Source: Polyangiales bacterium (GTDB lineage Bacteria > Myxococcota_A > Polyangia > Polyangiales > Ga0077539). From it: 64,000 bases of DNA. Positions 49,678 to 58,754 of the stretch are shown piece after piece. The DNA is taken from NCBI GenBank assembly GCA_044229975.1, contig JBGARZ010000006.1:32001-96000 (forward strand), given 5' to 3'. Made by a program: the position numbers and the translations under genes. The notes under the pieces were generated by a model. That model did no database searches. It saw only the letters and a program-made list of their open reading frames with translations, and was not told the origin of the DNA. Position 1 is the first letter of the stretch; each line of letters opens with the position of its first letter.

Positions 49678-50988
49678 ATGAACCCGCTCCTCGCCGCCCG
49701 CGCGCAGATGGAGGTCTCGCTCGCTTTCCACATGGTGTTCGCGGCCATCGGCATCGGATTGCCGCTGCTCACCGTGCTCGCCGAGGCCATCGGCCTGCGC
49801 ACCGGCGACCCCCGCTGGAAGACCCTCGCCCGTCGGCAGGCCCGCGTCACCGCCGTGCTCTTCGCCATCGGCGCCGTCTCGGGCACCGCGCTCTCCTTCG
49901 AGCTCGGCCTCCTGTGGCCGCGCTTCATGCGGCTCGCCGGCCCCGTCATCGGCCCCACCTTCGCGCTCGAAGGCTACGCGTTCTTCCTCGAAGCCATCTT
50001 CCTCGGCCTCTACCTCTACGGCTGGCAACGTCTCTCCCCCCGCGCCCACCTCCTCGCCGGCGCCGGCGTCGCGCTCACCGGTCTTCTCTCGGGTGCGTTC
50101 GTCGTCGCGGTCAACGCGTGGATGCAGTGCCCGCCGCCCGGATCGCTCACCACCCTCGACCCGTGGGCCACCTTCAAGAGCGCCGCGTGGCTCAACATGG
50201 CCGTGCACTCCACGCTCTCCTGCTACGTCAGCGTCGGCTTCGCCGTCGCGGGCGCCCACGCGTGGTCGCTGCTCAAGAAGCGCCCCGAACCGTGGCATCG
50301 CCCCGCGCTCTCCCTCTCGCTCACCGTCGCCTCCATCGCCGCTGTTCTCCAGCTCGTCTCGGGTGATCGCACCGCCAAGATGGTCGCCGCCACGCAGCCC
50401 GTGAAGCTCGCCGCGATGGAGGCCCACTTCCACACCGCGAGCGGCGCCGCCATCGCCGTCGGCGGCCTCGTCGATCAAGACGCCGCCACGCTGCGCGGCG
50501 CCGTCACCGTGCCGAAGGTGCTCTCGGTGCTGGCCTTCGACGACCCCGATGCGACGGTGCGCGGGCTCCATGAGTTCCCGCGCGAGCTGTGGCCGCGGGT
50601 TGGTATCGTGCACTCGGCCTTCGACGTGATGGTCGGCGCCGGAACCGCCCTCGTCGGACTCTCGCTCGCGTGGTGGGTCTGGCGCTTTCGCACGCGCAAG
50701 GAGAAGGAGGCGCCCATCCCGCGGTGGCTGCTGCGCGCGCTGGTGGCGGCCGCGCCGATGGGCTTCATCGCGCTCGAAGCGGGCTGGCTCGTCACCGAGG
50801 CGGGCCGTCAGCCATGGACCATCCAGGGGGTGTTGCGCACCGCCGACGCGGCCACGCGATCGCCGCACGCGGGCCTCACCTTCGCGGCCTTCAGCGCGCT
50901 GTACCTCTTCCTCGGGGTGGTGGTCGTCGGGATGCTCCGCTACCTCGCGAAGACGCCCGTGAAGGGCGAAGCGGTCGTCGACGCATGA
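49678..50988 (+). CDS. cydA: Cytochrome bd ubiquinol oxidase subunit I (short Q-loop type)
   Basis: FH..F, FA.EG..FF.EA.F, QP.KLAAME and GW..TE.GRQPW motifs. Confidence 0.97.
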   Translation: MNPLLAARAQMEVSLAFHMVFAAIGIGLPLLTVLAEAIGLRTGDPRWKTLARRQARVTAVLFAIGAVSGTALSFELGLLWPRFMRLAGPVIGPTFALEGYAFFLEAIFLGLYLYGWQRLSPRAHLLAGAGVALTGLLSGAFVVAVNAWMQCPPPGSLTTLDPWATFKSAAWLNMAVHSTLSCYVSVGFAVAGAHAWSLLKKRPEPWHRPALSLSLTVASIAAVLQLVSGDRTAKMVAATQPVKLAAMEAHFHTASGAAIAVGGLVDQDAATLRGAVTVPKVLSVLAFDDPDATVRGLHEFPRELWPRVGIVHSAFDVMVGAGTALVGLSLAWWVWRFRTRKEKEAPIPRWLLRALVAAAPMGFIALEAGWLVTEAGRQPWTIQGVLRTADAATRSPHAGLTFAAFSALYLFLGVVVVGMLRYLAKTPVKGEAVVDA

Positions 50989-51980
50989 CCCCCGCCGACG
51001 CCATGGCCGCGCTCGTCGTGCTGGGTCTCTGCGCCTATGGTGTCTTCGCGGGCGCCGACTTCGGCGGCGGCATCCTCGACGCCCTCGCGCGCGGCCCTCG
51101 GCGTGACCAGCAGCGCGACGCCATCTCCCACGCCATGGGCCCCGTGTGGGAGGCCAACCACGTCTGGCTCATCTTCGTCATCGTGCTGCTCTTCACGGGC
51201 TTTCCGCGCGCCTTCTACGCGCTGGTGGAGGGGCTCTTCGTGCCGTTTCACCTCGCGCTCGTGGGCATCACGCTGCGCGGCGCGGCCTTCGTGTTTCGCG
51301 CGTACGGGCCGCGTGAGGCGTCGTCGTTGCGCGGGTGGGGGCGGGTGTTCGGCGTCGCGTCGGTGTTCACGCCGGTGCTGCTCGGGATGTGCCTCGGCGC
51401 CGTGTCGTCGGGGCTCATTCGCGCGGGCGAAGATGGCGAAGTCATCGACGGCACGAGCGCGTGGCTGTCGCCCATCGCGCTGGTCACGGGGCTCTTCGCG
51501 CTGTCGCTGTGCGCGTACCTCGCCGCGGTGTTTCTCACGGTGGAGACCGAGGGTGAGCTCCGCGAGGACTTCCGCCGCCACGCGCTCACCGTCGGAACGG
51601 TGGTCGTGGTGCTGTCGGCGGTGCTGGTTCCGGGGGTGTTCGTGGCGGCGCCGCACCTCGGCGGGGGACTGCTCTCGCCGCGGGCGCTGCCGGTGCTCGC
51701 GGTCGGCGGCGTGGCAGCGCTGACGTCGGGCTACGCGCTGTGGCAGCGGCGGTTTCAGCTCGCGCGGGTCGCGACCGTCGCGCAGGTGACCTGCCTGCTC
51801 ACGGGCTACGCGTTGGCGCAGTATCCGTTTCTGCTCTACCCCGACGTGACGCTCGCGGGCTCGGCCGCGCCGCGCGCGACGCTGGTCGCCGTGCTGTGGA
51901 CGGTTCCGCCGGGGTTGGGGCTGCTGCTGCCGTCGCTGTGGTGGCTGTTTCGGGTGTTCAAGGGCTCGGACACCCCGTAG
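50985..51980 (+). CDS. cydB: Cytochrome bd ubiquinol oxidase subunit II
   Basis: GADFGGG, GPVWEANHVWL and LRG.AF.FR motifs, with an ATGA overlap with cydA. Confidence 0.97.
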   Translation: MTPADAMAALVVLGLCAYGVFAGADFGGGILDALARGPRRDQQRDAISHAMGPVWEANHVWLIFVIVLLFTGFPRAFYALVEGLFVPFHLALVGITLRGAAFVFRAYGPREASSLRGWGRVFGVASVFTPVLLGMCLGAVSSGLIRAGEDGEVIDGTSAWLSPIALVTGLFALSLCAYLAAVFLTVETEGELREDFRRHALTVGTVVVVLSAVLVPGVFVAAPHLGGGLLSPRALPVLAVGGVAALTSGYALWQRRFQLARVATVAQVTCLLTGYALAQYPFLLYPDVTLAGSAAPRATLVAVLWTVPPGLGLLLPSLWWLFRVFKGSDTP

Positions 51981-52055
51981 AAACCACAGTCCCTCCTGAC
52001 GCATCCTACGGGCGCTGCAACGCCCTCCCTCAACCCTCACCAGAGCAACAACACC

Positions 52056-52520
52056 ATGGCACTCGCGGTCGGAACCCAGGCCCCTGACTTCACCCTCCCC
52101 GCCGGATCCGGCGAGACCGTCACGCTCTCGTCGCTGCGCGGCAAGAAGGTCGTGCTGCTCTTCTTCCCCGCCGCGTTCACCGGCGTCTGCACCAAGGAGA
52201 TGTGCGCCGTCGCGGACGACTACTCCGCCTACGAGAAGCTCAACGCGCAGCCGCTCGCCATCAGCGTCGACATGCCGTGGTCGCTCAAGAAGTTTGCCGC
52301 CGAGTCCAAGGCGACGTTTCCGTTTCTGTCGGACTTCAACAAGACCGCGACCCGCGACTACGACGTCTACCGCGAGAAGTTCGCCCTGGGCCTCGTCGGC
52401 GTCTCCGAGCGCGCCGTCTTCGTCATCGACGAAAACGGCGTCATCACCTACGCGTGGGTCGGCGAGAACCCGGGGGTCTTCCCCGACCTCGACGCCGTGA
52501 AGGCCGCGCTCGCGGGCTGA
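52056..52520 (+). CDS. Peroxiredoxin (AhpC/TSA, AhpE/BCP-like)
   Basis: APDFTL, FFP.AFT.VC..E and RAVFVID motifs. Confidence 0.95.
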   Translation: MALAVGTQAPDFTLPAGSGETVTLSSLRGKKVVLLFFPAAFTGVCTKEMCAVADDYSAYEKLNAQPLAISVDMPWSLKKFAAESKATFPFLSDFNKTATRDYDVYREKFALGLVGVSERAVFVIDENGVITYAWVGENPGVFPDLDAVKAALAG

Positions 52521-52579
52521 TCCCGCCGCTCGCTCACGGCCCACGACGCGAGACCAGATTCGTCAGCCGCACTCCTTTC

Positions 52580-52661
52580 AAGGTCGTCGCGCCCGCCTTC
52601 GGACCGGGGTGCAGGCGCGAGACGCGACCAACCCCGGTCCGAAGGCGGGCACGACGACCTT
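52580..52661. repeat. Orphan inverted doublet, 31-bp arms with a 20-bp spacer
   Basis: AAGGTCGTCGCGCCCGCCTTCGGACCGGGGT ... ACCCCGGTCCGAAGGCGGGCACGACGACCTT (1 mismatch), between convergent genes. Confidence 0.9.
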
Positions 52662-52677
52662 GGGAGGGATAAACCCC

Positions 52678-52974
52678 TCAGCCCTTCAGCCGACGAACGC
52701 CGCCCTGTCGCTCGGCGGCGAAGCGCTCCAGCACGGCGAGGTCCTTCGCATAGAGCTCGGTGTACCCGCACTTCGCGCAGACGACGGCCTCGGCGCGCAC
52801 GACCGAGCGCGCCATCTTCGCGCCGAAGAGGCCCGACTCACCGGTCTCGCCGTAGTGCGCCGTCAGCGTGAAGGCGTCGACGCCGTTGGCCGAGGTTCCG
52901 TCGGCGAGCAGCACCTGTTGGATGGCGTAGCGATCGTCGCCGCCGCAACGCGGGCACTTCCAGGTGGAGCTCAT
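52678..52974 (-). CDS. Small zinc-ribbon protein
   Basis: CPRCG ... CAKCGYTELY motifs. Confidence 0.8.
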   Translation of the reverse strand: MSSTWKCPRCGGDDRYAIQQVLLADGTSANGVDAFTLTAHYGETGESGLFGAKMARSVVRAEAVVCAKCGYTELYAKDLAVLERFAAERQGGVRRLKG

Positions 52975-52984
52975 GTGCTCGTCG

Positions 52985-53326
52985 CTACCGCCGCCCGCCG
53001 CCCGCCTTGCGCGCGTCGACCCTGATCGGCGCGTCGTACGTCTTCACCGGCGCGCTCACCTTCGCGACCACGCCGGAGATGTTCGACGCCATCGTCCACG
53101 TCCCGCGCGGCACGTTGAAGATCGTCCACAGCCGGTTGTGGCCCGTCGCCACCCACAGCCCGCCGTCGGCGCGCAGCACCACGCATGAGCTCCCCGCGCG
53201 CGACGGCGCGGCGTCCTCCAACAGGGCCACCTGCCGATCGAGGTCTTCCTCCAGCAGGCGCAGCACCCACGCGTCGATGCGCACGGCCGTGAACGGAGCA
53301 GGAACACCTCGCAGCAACGGCACCAT
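52985..53326 (-). CDS. Hypothetical protein
   Basis: ORF between co-oriented genes. Start uncertain. Confidence 0.45.
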   Translation of the reverse strand: MVPLLRGVPAPFTAVRIDAWVLRLLEEDLDRQVALLEDAAPSRAGSSCVVLRADGGLWVATGHNRLWTIFNVPRGTWTMASNISGVVAKVSAPVKTYDAPIRVDARKAGGGRR

Positions 53327-53440
53327 CGTCGGCTCCCGTTCGGCCGCGACGGACGCCGGTGGTCGGCGCGCGTGCGTCCGATGCAGACGCTCACCCTAGC
53401 GCCCGATCGCGCGCGCTGTCACTGCGACCGAGGCCCCGCG

Positions 53441-53800
53441 CTACTTCTTGAGCTGTCCGGCAGCCTTCAGCTTCACCAGCTCGCTGTGCCCACCCAGGAG
53501 CACACCGTCCCTGAACACCATCGGGAAGGTGGGAAAGCCCGCCCACAGCTTGAGCGCGAGGCGCTCCTTCCACTTGGAGAGATAGCTCCCGTATTCGAGG
53601 TACGTGTACGTGATGCCCTCGGCGTCGAGGAGCTGCCGGGCCTTCTTCACCACGGGGTTTTGCGCCATGCCCACGACCACCACCGGGTCGCGCGCCACCA
53701 CGGCGGCCACCTCGTCGACGAAGGCGCGATGGAAGCCGGCCACCACGGCGTCAGCCTCGGGAGAGATCTTGTCAGCAGCCAGAACAGGTCGGGTCGTCAT
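53441..53800 (-). CDS. Glutaredoxin-like protein (no cysteine)
   Basis: VVVVGM..NP and W.G.PTFPMVF.DG.L.GG Grx-fold motifs. Confidence 0.8.
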   Translation of the reverse strand: MTTRPVLAADKISPEADAVVAGFHRAFVDEVAAVVARDPVVVVGMAQNPVVKKARQLLDAEGITYTYLEYGSYLSKWKERLALKLWAGFPTFPMVFRDGVLLGGHSELVKLKAAGQLKK

Positions 53801-53851
53801 GGGCGCCGTCTCTATCACCAATCTGGTAAGCCGTTGGGGCTCCCCTCCCCC

Positions 53852-55912
53852 ATGAACGCCACGAAATCGTCCCCCTCCGCCGACGAGCTCACCGCCTTCG
53901 CGGCCCAGGTCGAGCGCGGCCTGCTCAACCTCTATCACGGTGACGTCGCCGACCGCCGCGTGCGCTACCGCGTCACCGAAGGCGCCTGGCCCGACGGCCT
54001 CTCGGGGCGCGTCTTCACCACGGTGTTCCCCTACCAGGCCGTGATGTCCACGCCGCAGCAGATCGCCGCTGCTCCCAACATGCTCGCCGCCCCCGGCCGC
54101 GTGCTCACCATCGACCTCACCGCGACGCCCACCACCGACGGCCCGCACATCGCGCTCTCCACGCAGGCCGTACGCAACGACGCGTGGCACCTCCGCAGTC
54201 TTGCCCCCGAGGCCTTCGTACGAACCGACTTCGCGGAGTTCTCGTGGTTCGGTCTGTCCAACCTCTCCAACACGACGCCCATCCCGACCTTCCCCGTCGG
54301 CCGCGACGGCGTTCGGATGCTGCTCACCTACGACGCCGGCCGCCCCGTCGAGACCTCCCCCGTCGACCTCGACGTCATCTCCCCCGTCGGCCGCTTGCGC
54401 GACTACCACGCCGCCGCGCGCGGGGTCTTCTCGCCGATGATCATGACGACGGGCCACCCGGTGTACGACCCCGCGTTCGAGCCCGGCCGACCGCGGCTCA
54501 TCTACACCAACCTCGTCCCACGCATCGACACCTTCCTCCGTCCGAGCGCGCCCGTCCGCGCCGACCTCTACGTGGTTACCTGGGACGGCGAAATGCCTGG
54601 TCCCACCGCGCCGATGCGCGTCCACGTCGACGGCCGCCCCGTGGTGATGGAACACGCCAGCGCCCACCAGATCTGCCTCACGCGCGACCACGTCGTGCTC
54701 CTCGGATCGACCCTCGTGCTCGGCGTCGCCTCGCTCATCAACCCGCTGCGACCGCTGCTGCGTGACGCCCTCCGCGACACCATCGGCGAGACCTTCGGCG
54801 CCGCCGGGACCGCCACCTTCGACAGCCTCAACGCCCGCGTGCCCGGCCGCCACGCCGCGTCGGTTCCGCCGTCCGAGACGCGCGTCTACGTCATCGAGAA
54901 GGCCGCCATCCGCCGCGCGCTCGCGGAGGGTTCATCGCACGTCGACGCGCGGGTGTTCACGCTCGACTGGGAGGCCACGCACGCCGTCGCCGATCACGAC
55001 TGCGACGACGACCGCATCACGCTCTACTGCCAGCACAACATCGGCGCCGACCCCGCCGACCAGCTCGAACCGGGTGACGTGCTGCTCGGTGGTGGTGTGG
55101 TGCGCCCCGAGCTCGAAGGCATCCTGTCGTCGTCCACCGACCTCAATCAGGTGCGCAAGCACGTCATCGATCTGCGCGACGGAACCATCACCACGACGGC
55201 CTACCCCGACCCCGATGGTGACGGCTTCGTGCACGGGCTCAACCTGTTGCCGCCGCTCCAGGTGCTGCCCTACCGGCCCGATGGTGATGAACGCGGCCAC
55301 GACCTCCAGCGCTGCGTGTCGCGCGTCGATCACACGGTCTGGGTCACCGGCGGTCACCTGCCATGCACCATGGATCAGCGCGTCTTCGACATCTTCTACC
55401 GCGCCCGGGTGTTGGGTCGTGACGAGCCGCGACGGTTGGTTCCCATCAACGAATACCTGCGGCGGGTGAACGACCCGGCGCACACGGTTCGGATGTTTCG
55501 GCTCGATCGCGATTTGAAGCTGGAGAGCGAGCACGTCTTCCCGGCGGGGTGGTTCATGGGGGCGCCGATCTTCGTTCCGCGGGAGAGCGCCGCGACGCTG
55601 CGCGACGGTTGGCTCGTGGGTCAGGTGTGGAGTCCCGACGCGCCGCACATGGAGCTGTGGGTGTGGGACGCCGCGCGCCCGTTGTCCGATGGGCCCGTGG
55701 TGAAGCTGGGGCCCGATACGCCGGGCGACGCGTTGCAGCCGGGCTTCCCGCTGCACTCGTCATGGATCGACGACGCCGGCGTGCGCGGGTGGGAGCGGCC
55801 GGCGTACGGGGTTCCGACGCTGGAGGTGCCGCGCTCGGTGAAGGCGCTGACGCTGATGACCGTGGCGGGGACGGCGCTCTCGCGCTGGGTGCAGCAGCGG
55901 CTGCGGGGGTGA
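53852..55912 (+). CDS. Carotenoid/stilbene oxygenase (RPE65) family protein
   Basis: G.WP..L.G start, D.G.P.E, and four spaced His motifs (TGHP, AHQI, THAV, LHSSW). PIFVPR and DGWL near the C-terminus. Confidence 0.8.
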   Translation: MNATKSSPSADELTAFAAQVERGLLNLYHGDVADRRVRYRVTEGAWPDGLSGRVFTTVFPYQAVMSTPQQIAAAPNMLAAPGRVLTIDLTATPTTDGPHIALSTQAVRNDAWHLRSLAPEAFVRTDFAEFSWFGLSNLSNTTPIPTFPVGRDGVRMLLTYDAGRPVETSPVDLDVISPVGRLRDYHAAARGVFSPMIMTTGHPVYDPAFEPGRPRLIYTNLVPRIDTFLRPSAPVRADLYVVTWDGEMPGPTAPMRVHVDGRPVVMEHASAHQICLTRDHVVLLGSTLVLGVASLINPLRPLLRDALRDTIGETFGAAGTATFDSLNARVPGRHAASVPPSETRVYVIEKAAIRRALAEGSSHVDARVFTLDWEATHAVADHDCDDDRITLYCQHNIGADPADQLEPGDVLLGGGVVRPELEGILSSSTDLNQVRKHVIDLRDGTITTTAYPDPDGDGFVHGLNLLPPLQVLPYRPDGDERGHDLQRCVSRVDHTVWVTGGHLPCTMDQRVFDIFYRARVLGRDEPRRLVPINEYLRRVNDPAHTVRMFRLDRDLKLESEHVFPAGWFMGAPIFVPRESAATLRDGWLVGQVWSPDAPHMELWVWDAARPLSDGPVVKLGPDTPGDALQPGFPLHSSWIDDAGVRGWERPAYGVPTLEVPRSVKALTLMTVAGTALSRWVQQRLRG

Positions 55913-55928
55913 GGGGATGGGGATGGGG

Positions 55929-56061
55929 ATGAGCGAACCAACGCCCATCACTGGTTGGCACGACTCCGCGCGGGTTGGCCAAATTCCCATGGATGCGAAG
56001 CGCTGTCTGTGGTTGGCGCGCATCGAGAGTTCCGCCGCGCCCACAAGGGGAGCTCACTGGC
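55929..56061. repeat. Direct repeat copy 1 (~133 bp)
   Basis: Aligns to 57451-57584 with 8 substitutions and 1 indel. Confidence 0.95.
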
Positions 56062-56146
56062 AGGCGAGTTCGTACGAGGATGCGCGTCTCCAGGGGCGTG
56101 CCGCAAAGGGCGAGGCGCAGTAGCTGGGGTGGTGTAGCGTGCGGTC

Positions 56147-56614
56147 GTGACGTGCGCCCTGCTCGACGGATTGTGGCCTGCCATTGAGTCGGGCGAGATC
56201 GACAGCATCGAGTTCGCCTTGGAGTATGTGGAAGTCGAGGTCGCGCGCGGACACCTGCACGGCGCCGAAGAAGCCTACGTCGAGGCGTTCGTGGTGGGCA
56301 TCGGTCAGTGCGCAGCGGCGGCCCGCAGTCAGTTCCAGACAGTGAAGATCGCCTGCGAGGTCGGAGGCGCGGGAGGCATCGGCGGCGTCGGTACGCTGCT
56401 CGCCAACGTCCTCGACGTGAACTCCGTGGGGCTGGCCTTCGGATTCGCGGGCGCCTTTATCACCCTCGCGGGACTTGCGGCTGTGGCGCTGTTTGGGCGA
56501 CGGAACGCCGAGGCAGGGCTGCTTATCCTGCCGAGACTCGCAAAGCTTCGGGAAGCTGGGCTCGCGGTCATCGCGGAGCGCGCCACGCTGCGGCGCGAGG
56601 GCGACAAGTCGTAG
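56147..56614 (+). CDS. Hypothetical membrane protein
   Basis: ORF with two hydrophobic segments inside the repeat-bounded islet. Start uncertain. Confidence 0.5.
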   Translation: MTCALLDGLWPAIESGEIDSIEFALEYVEVEVARGHLHGAEEAYVEAFVVGIGQCAAAARSQFQTVKIACEVGGAGGIGGVGTLLANVLDVNSVGLAFGFAGAFITLAGLAAVALFGRRNAEAGLLILPRLAKLREAGLAVIAERATLRREGDKS

Positions 56615-56670
56615 TCCGCGCAGGACGGGCCTTGTCTTCGGCCATTCGGCCGCCTACCGTGAGTCCGGCC

Positions 56671-57054
56671 ATGACCTATTACGGGCTCACCCACACCGAA
56701 GCTCGGCACGGAACTCGAGCTGACTCCCGCGAGGGAGCGAGCGATGCTCTGATCGGGTTGGCGATCGTTACCGTCCTCGTGTTGCTGCTCGCCGCGTCGG
56801 TGACTTCGTTCGTGGTCGTGGCGATCTCCGGGGCGATCCCGATCGGCTCGCGGGCACTCGTGTTGGCATGCCTGTTCGTGTCCCTGCTGAGCGTGGCGCA
56901 CCGGGTTCGTTTTTTCCTTCGACGCGACCCGAGCAGCTACCAGCGCTTCCTCCATTGGCAGCGCCGCGCGATCGAGGAACCGGGCGTAGCCGACCGCATG
57001 GGAGCAGCCCGTGCGGCCCGCAACGCGCCCCCTCTGCCTCCCTTCACGCCGTAA
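56671..57054 (+). CDS. Hypothetical small membrane protein (2 TM)
   Basis: ATG 56671 followed by two long hydrophobic helices. Confidence 0.55.
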   Translation: MTYYGLTHTEARHGTRADSREGASDALIGLAIVTVLVLLLAASVTSFVVVAISGAIPIGSRALVLACLFVSLLSVAHRVRFFLRRDPSSYQRFLHWQRRAIEEPGVADRMGAARAARNAPPLPPFTP

Positions 57055-57130
57055 AGCCCGCCCTTTCCCGTGGAAAGCTCGATCGCAGTACGCCGTATTG
57101 CGGGCATTGCGGACAGCGTGCCGCGTCCAT

Positions 57131-57403
57131 TCACCCACCCCTACTACGGGTCGACCACGACGCTGCTGACGTGGAGAGCGCCGCTGCTAGCGCGACCAGC
57201 TCCCCGGCGTAGCGCGCGTCGTAGAACCGCTCCCACGTCGTCTGATCGACGCGCAGCGCCGCGCCACGTTGCCGCTCGAGCACCGCGCCCGCCACGCACT
57301 CCGAGAGCAGCGCGTACGCCTTCGCGCGCGACACGCCGGGCTGCTCCGCGACGTACTGCCAGCCGATCGCGCGACGGGAAGGAGCGGGACGCGGCGCGGT
57401 CAT
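57131..57403 (-). CDS. Small HTH/excisionase-like DNA-binding protein
   Basis: VAEQ.GVSRAKAY.L HTH followed by R.G.ALRV....W..F, resembling HTH_17/Xis. Confidence 0.55.
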   Translation of the reverse strand: MTAPRPAPSRRAIGWQYVAEQPGVSRAKAYALLSECVAGAVLERQRGAALRVDQTTWERFYDARYAGELVALAAALSTSAASWSTRSRGG

Positions 57404-57450
57404 CAGCGGTCTCTCGGCGAGATGCTCGGAGGCCCCTTCGACGAAGAGGC

Positions 57451-57584
57451 ATAAGCGAGCCAACGCCCTACCACTGGTTGGCACGACTCCGCGCGGGTTG
57501 ACCCAACTCCCATGGATGCGAAGCGCTGTCTGTCGTTGGCGCGCATCGAGAGTTCCGCCGCGCCCACAAGGGGAGCTCGCTGGC
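57451..57584. repeat. Direct repeat copy 2 (~134 bp)
   Basis: Aligns to 55929-56061. Confidence 0.95.
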
Positions 57585-57620
57585 CACTCGCCGTGGGCGC
57601 AGGGGCTCCGGGTATATGCC

Positions 57621-58754
57621 TCAGGGAATGCAGACGCGGTTGAAGGAGTCAGGGCTGCACCGCCCGCTGCAACACTGCGCGTCGCTCGTGCAGCTGCTGC
57701 GGTTCCCGAAGCAGCAGCGCCCGCCCTCGCAGTTGCCACCGGCGGACCGCAGGCATCCCGAGTGTTGAGTGCAGGCCGCCCCGAGCCCGCCTCCGCAACG
57801 ATCGCCGAAGAGCATCCCGCCCACCGAGCCGCACGTCCGCCCGGCGGCACAGCACGTGGGCGGGACCCCTCCTGCCGTGTGGGTGCAGAACTCGCTCTCC
57901 CCCCACACGCACGCCGTCCGGCAGCCGCCCGCGTTGCACTCCTGGCCGCCCGCGCAGGCGCTGCCGCAGGCGCCGCAGTGGGCCGCGTTCGTCCGGGTGT
58001 CCACGCACGCCCCGGCGCACGCCGTCTGCCCGCTTGGGCAGAGCACGCACGCGCCCGCGACGCACACCCGCCCCGCCGCGCACGCGGCCCCGCACGCGCC
58101 GCAGTGGGCGGTGGTGGTCGCGAGCGTCACCTCGCAGCCGTTGGCGAGCGTGCCGTCGCAGCTCGCGTAGCCGGGCATGCATGCCACCGTGCATGCGCCA
58201 CCGCCGCACACGGGCGAGGCGTTGGCAGCCGAGGGGCACGCGACACCGCAGCAGTTGCCCGGTGTCGTGGCAGCGCACCCGGCCGGCAGCACGTCGGCGC
58301 CCGAACCGGCGTCGACGGGCGGTCCCACGTCCGGCGTGCCGACGTCCGGGGCGCCCGTGTCCGGCCCGCCCACGTCGGGCGCGGGACTCCCGGTGTCGGT
58401 CGCAGGAACGCCGGTGTCGACGAGCGGACTGCCTGTGTCGGTCGCGTCCGCGTCGATCACGCCCGCGTCGATCGCAGGACCACCCGTGTCAGGCGCTACC
58501 GCGGCATCGCCCGCATCCGCGGCGTCCATCCCGCCCGCGTCCCCGCCGCACTGGCAGGCGCCGTATGTCCGGTCTGCCTGGCAGACCTGCACGCTGCTGG
58601 CGCCGCCGGGGCACCCGCAGGTGATCTGGGTGCCCTGCACGCAGCCCGACGAGGGCAGCGGCACCGGGTCCGTCGGGCAGCCCGTGGGCAGCGCCGCCGC
58701 CGCCAGCATCCCCACCAAGTTGTTCGGGCGCCCACCCTTCGCCACCGTCTTCAT
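57621..58754 (-). CDS. Cys-rich secreted or lipo-protein with DTG/DVG linker and STIG1-like repeats
   Basis: C.CPGG..S.Q.C N-module, a DxG linker, and NGCE and HCGACG..C repeats. Confidence 0.75.
   Translation of the reverse strand: MKTVAKGGRPNNLVGMLAAAALPTGCPTDPVPLPSSGCVQGTQITCGCPGGASSVQVCQADRTYGACQCGGDAGGMDAADAGDAAVAPDTGGPAIDAGVIDADATDTGSPLVDTGVPATDTGSPAPDVGGPDTGAPDVGTPDVGPPVDAGSGADVLPAGCAATTPGNCCGVACPSAANASPVCGGGACTVACMPGYASCDGTLANGCEVTLATTTAHCGACGAACAAGRVCVAGACVLCPSGQTACAGACVDTRTNAAHCGACGSACAGGQECNAGGCRTACVWGESEFCTHTAGGVPPTCCAAGRTCGSVGGMLFGDRCGGGLGAACTQHSGCLRSAGGNCEGGRCCFGNRSSCTSDAQCCSGRCSPDSFNRVCIP

Noticed and set aside
55929..57584. Intact tRNA genes or integron attC sites in the direct repeat
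   Set aside because: I could not build a cloverleaf. The CCAAC/GTTGG motifs do not give a convincing attC stem, the gene orientations are mixed, and there is no intI.
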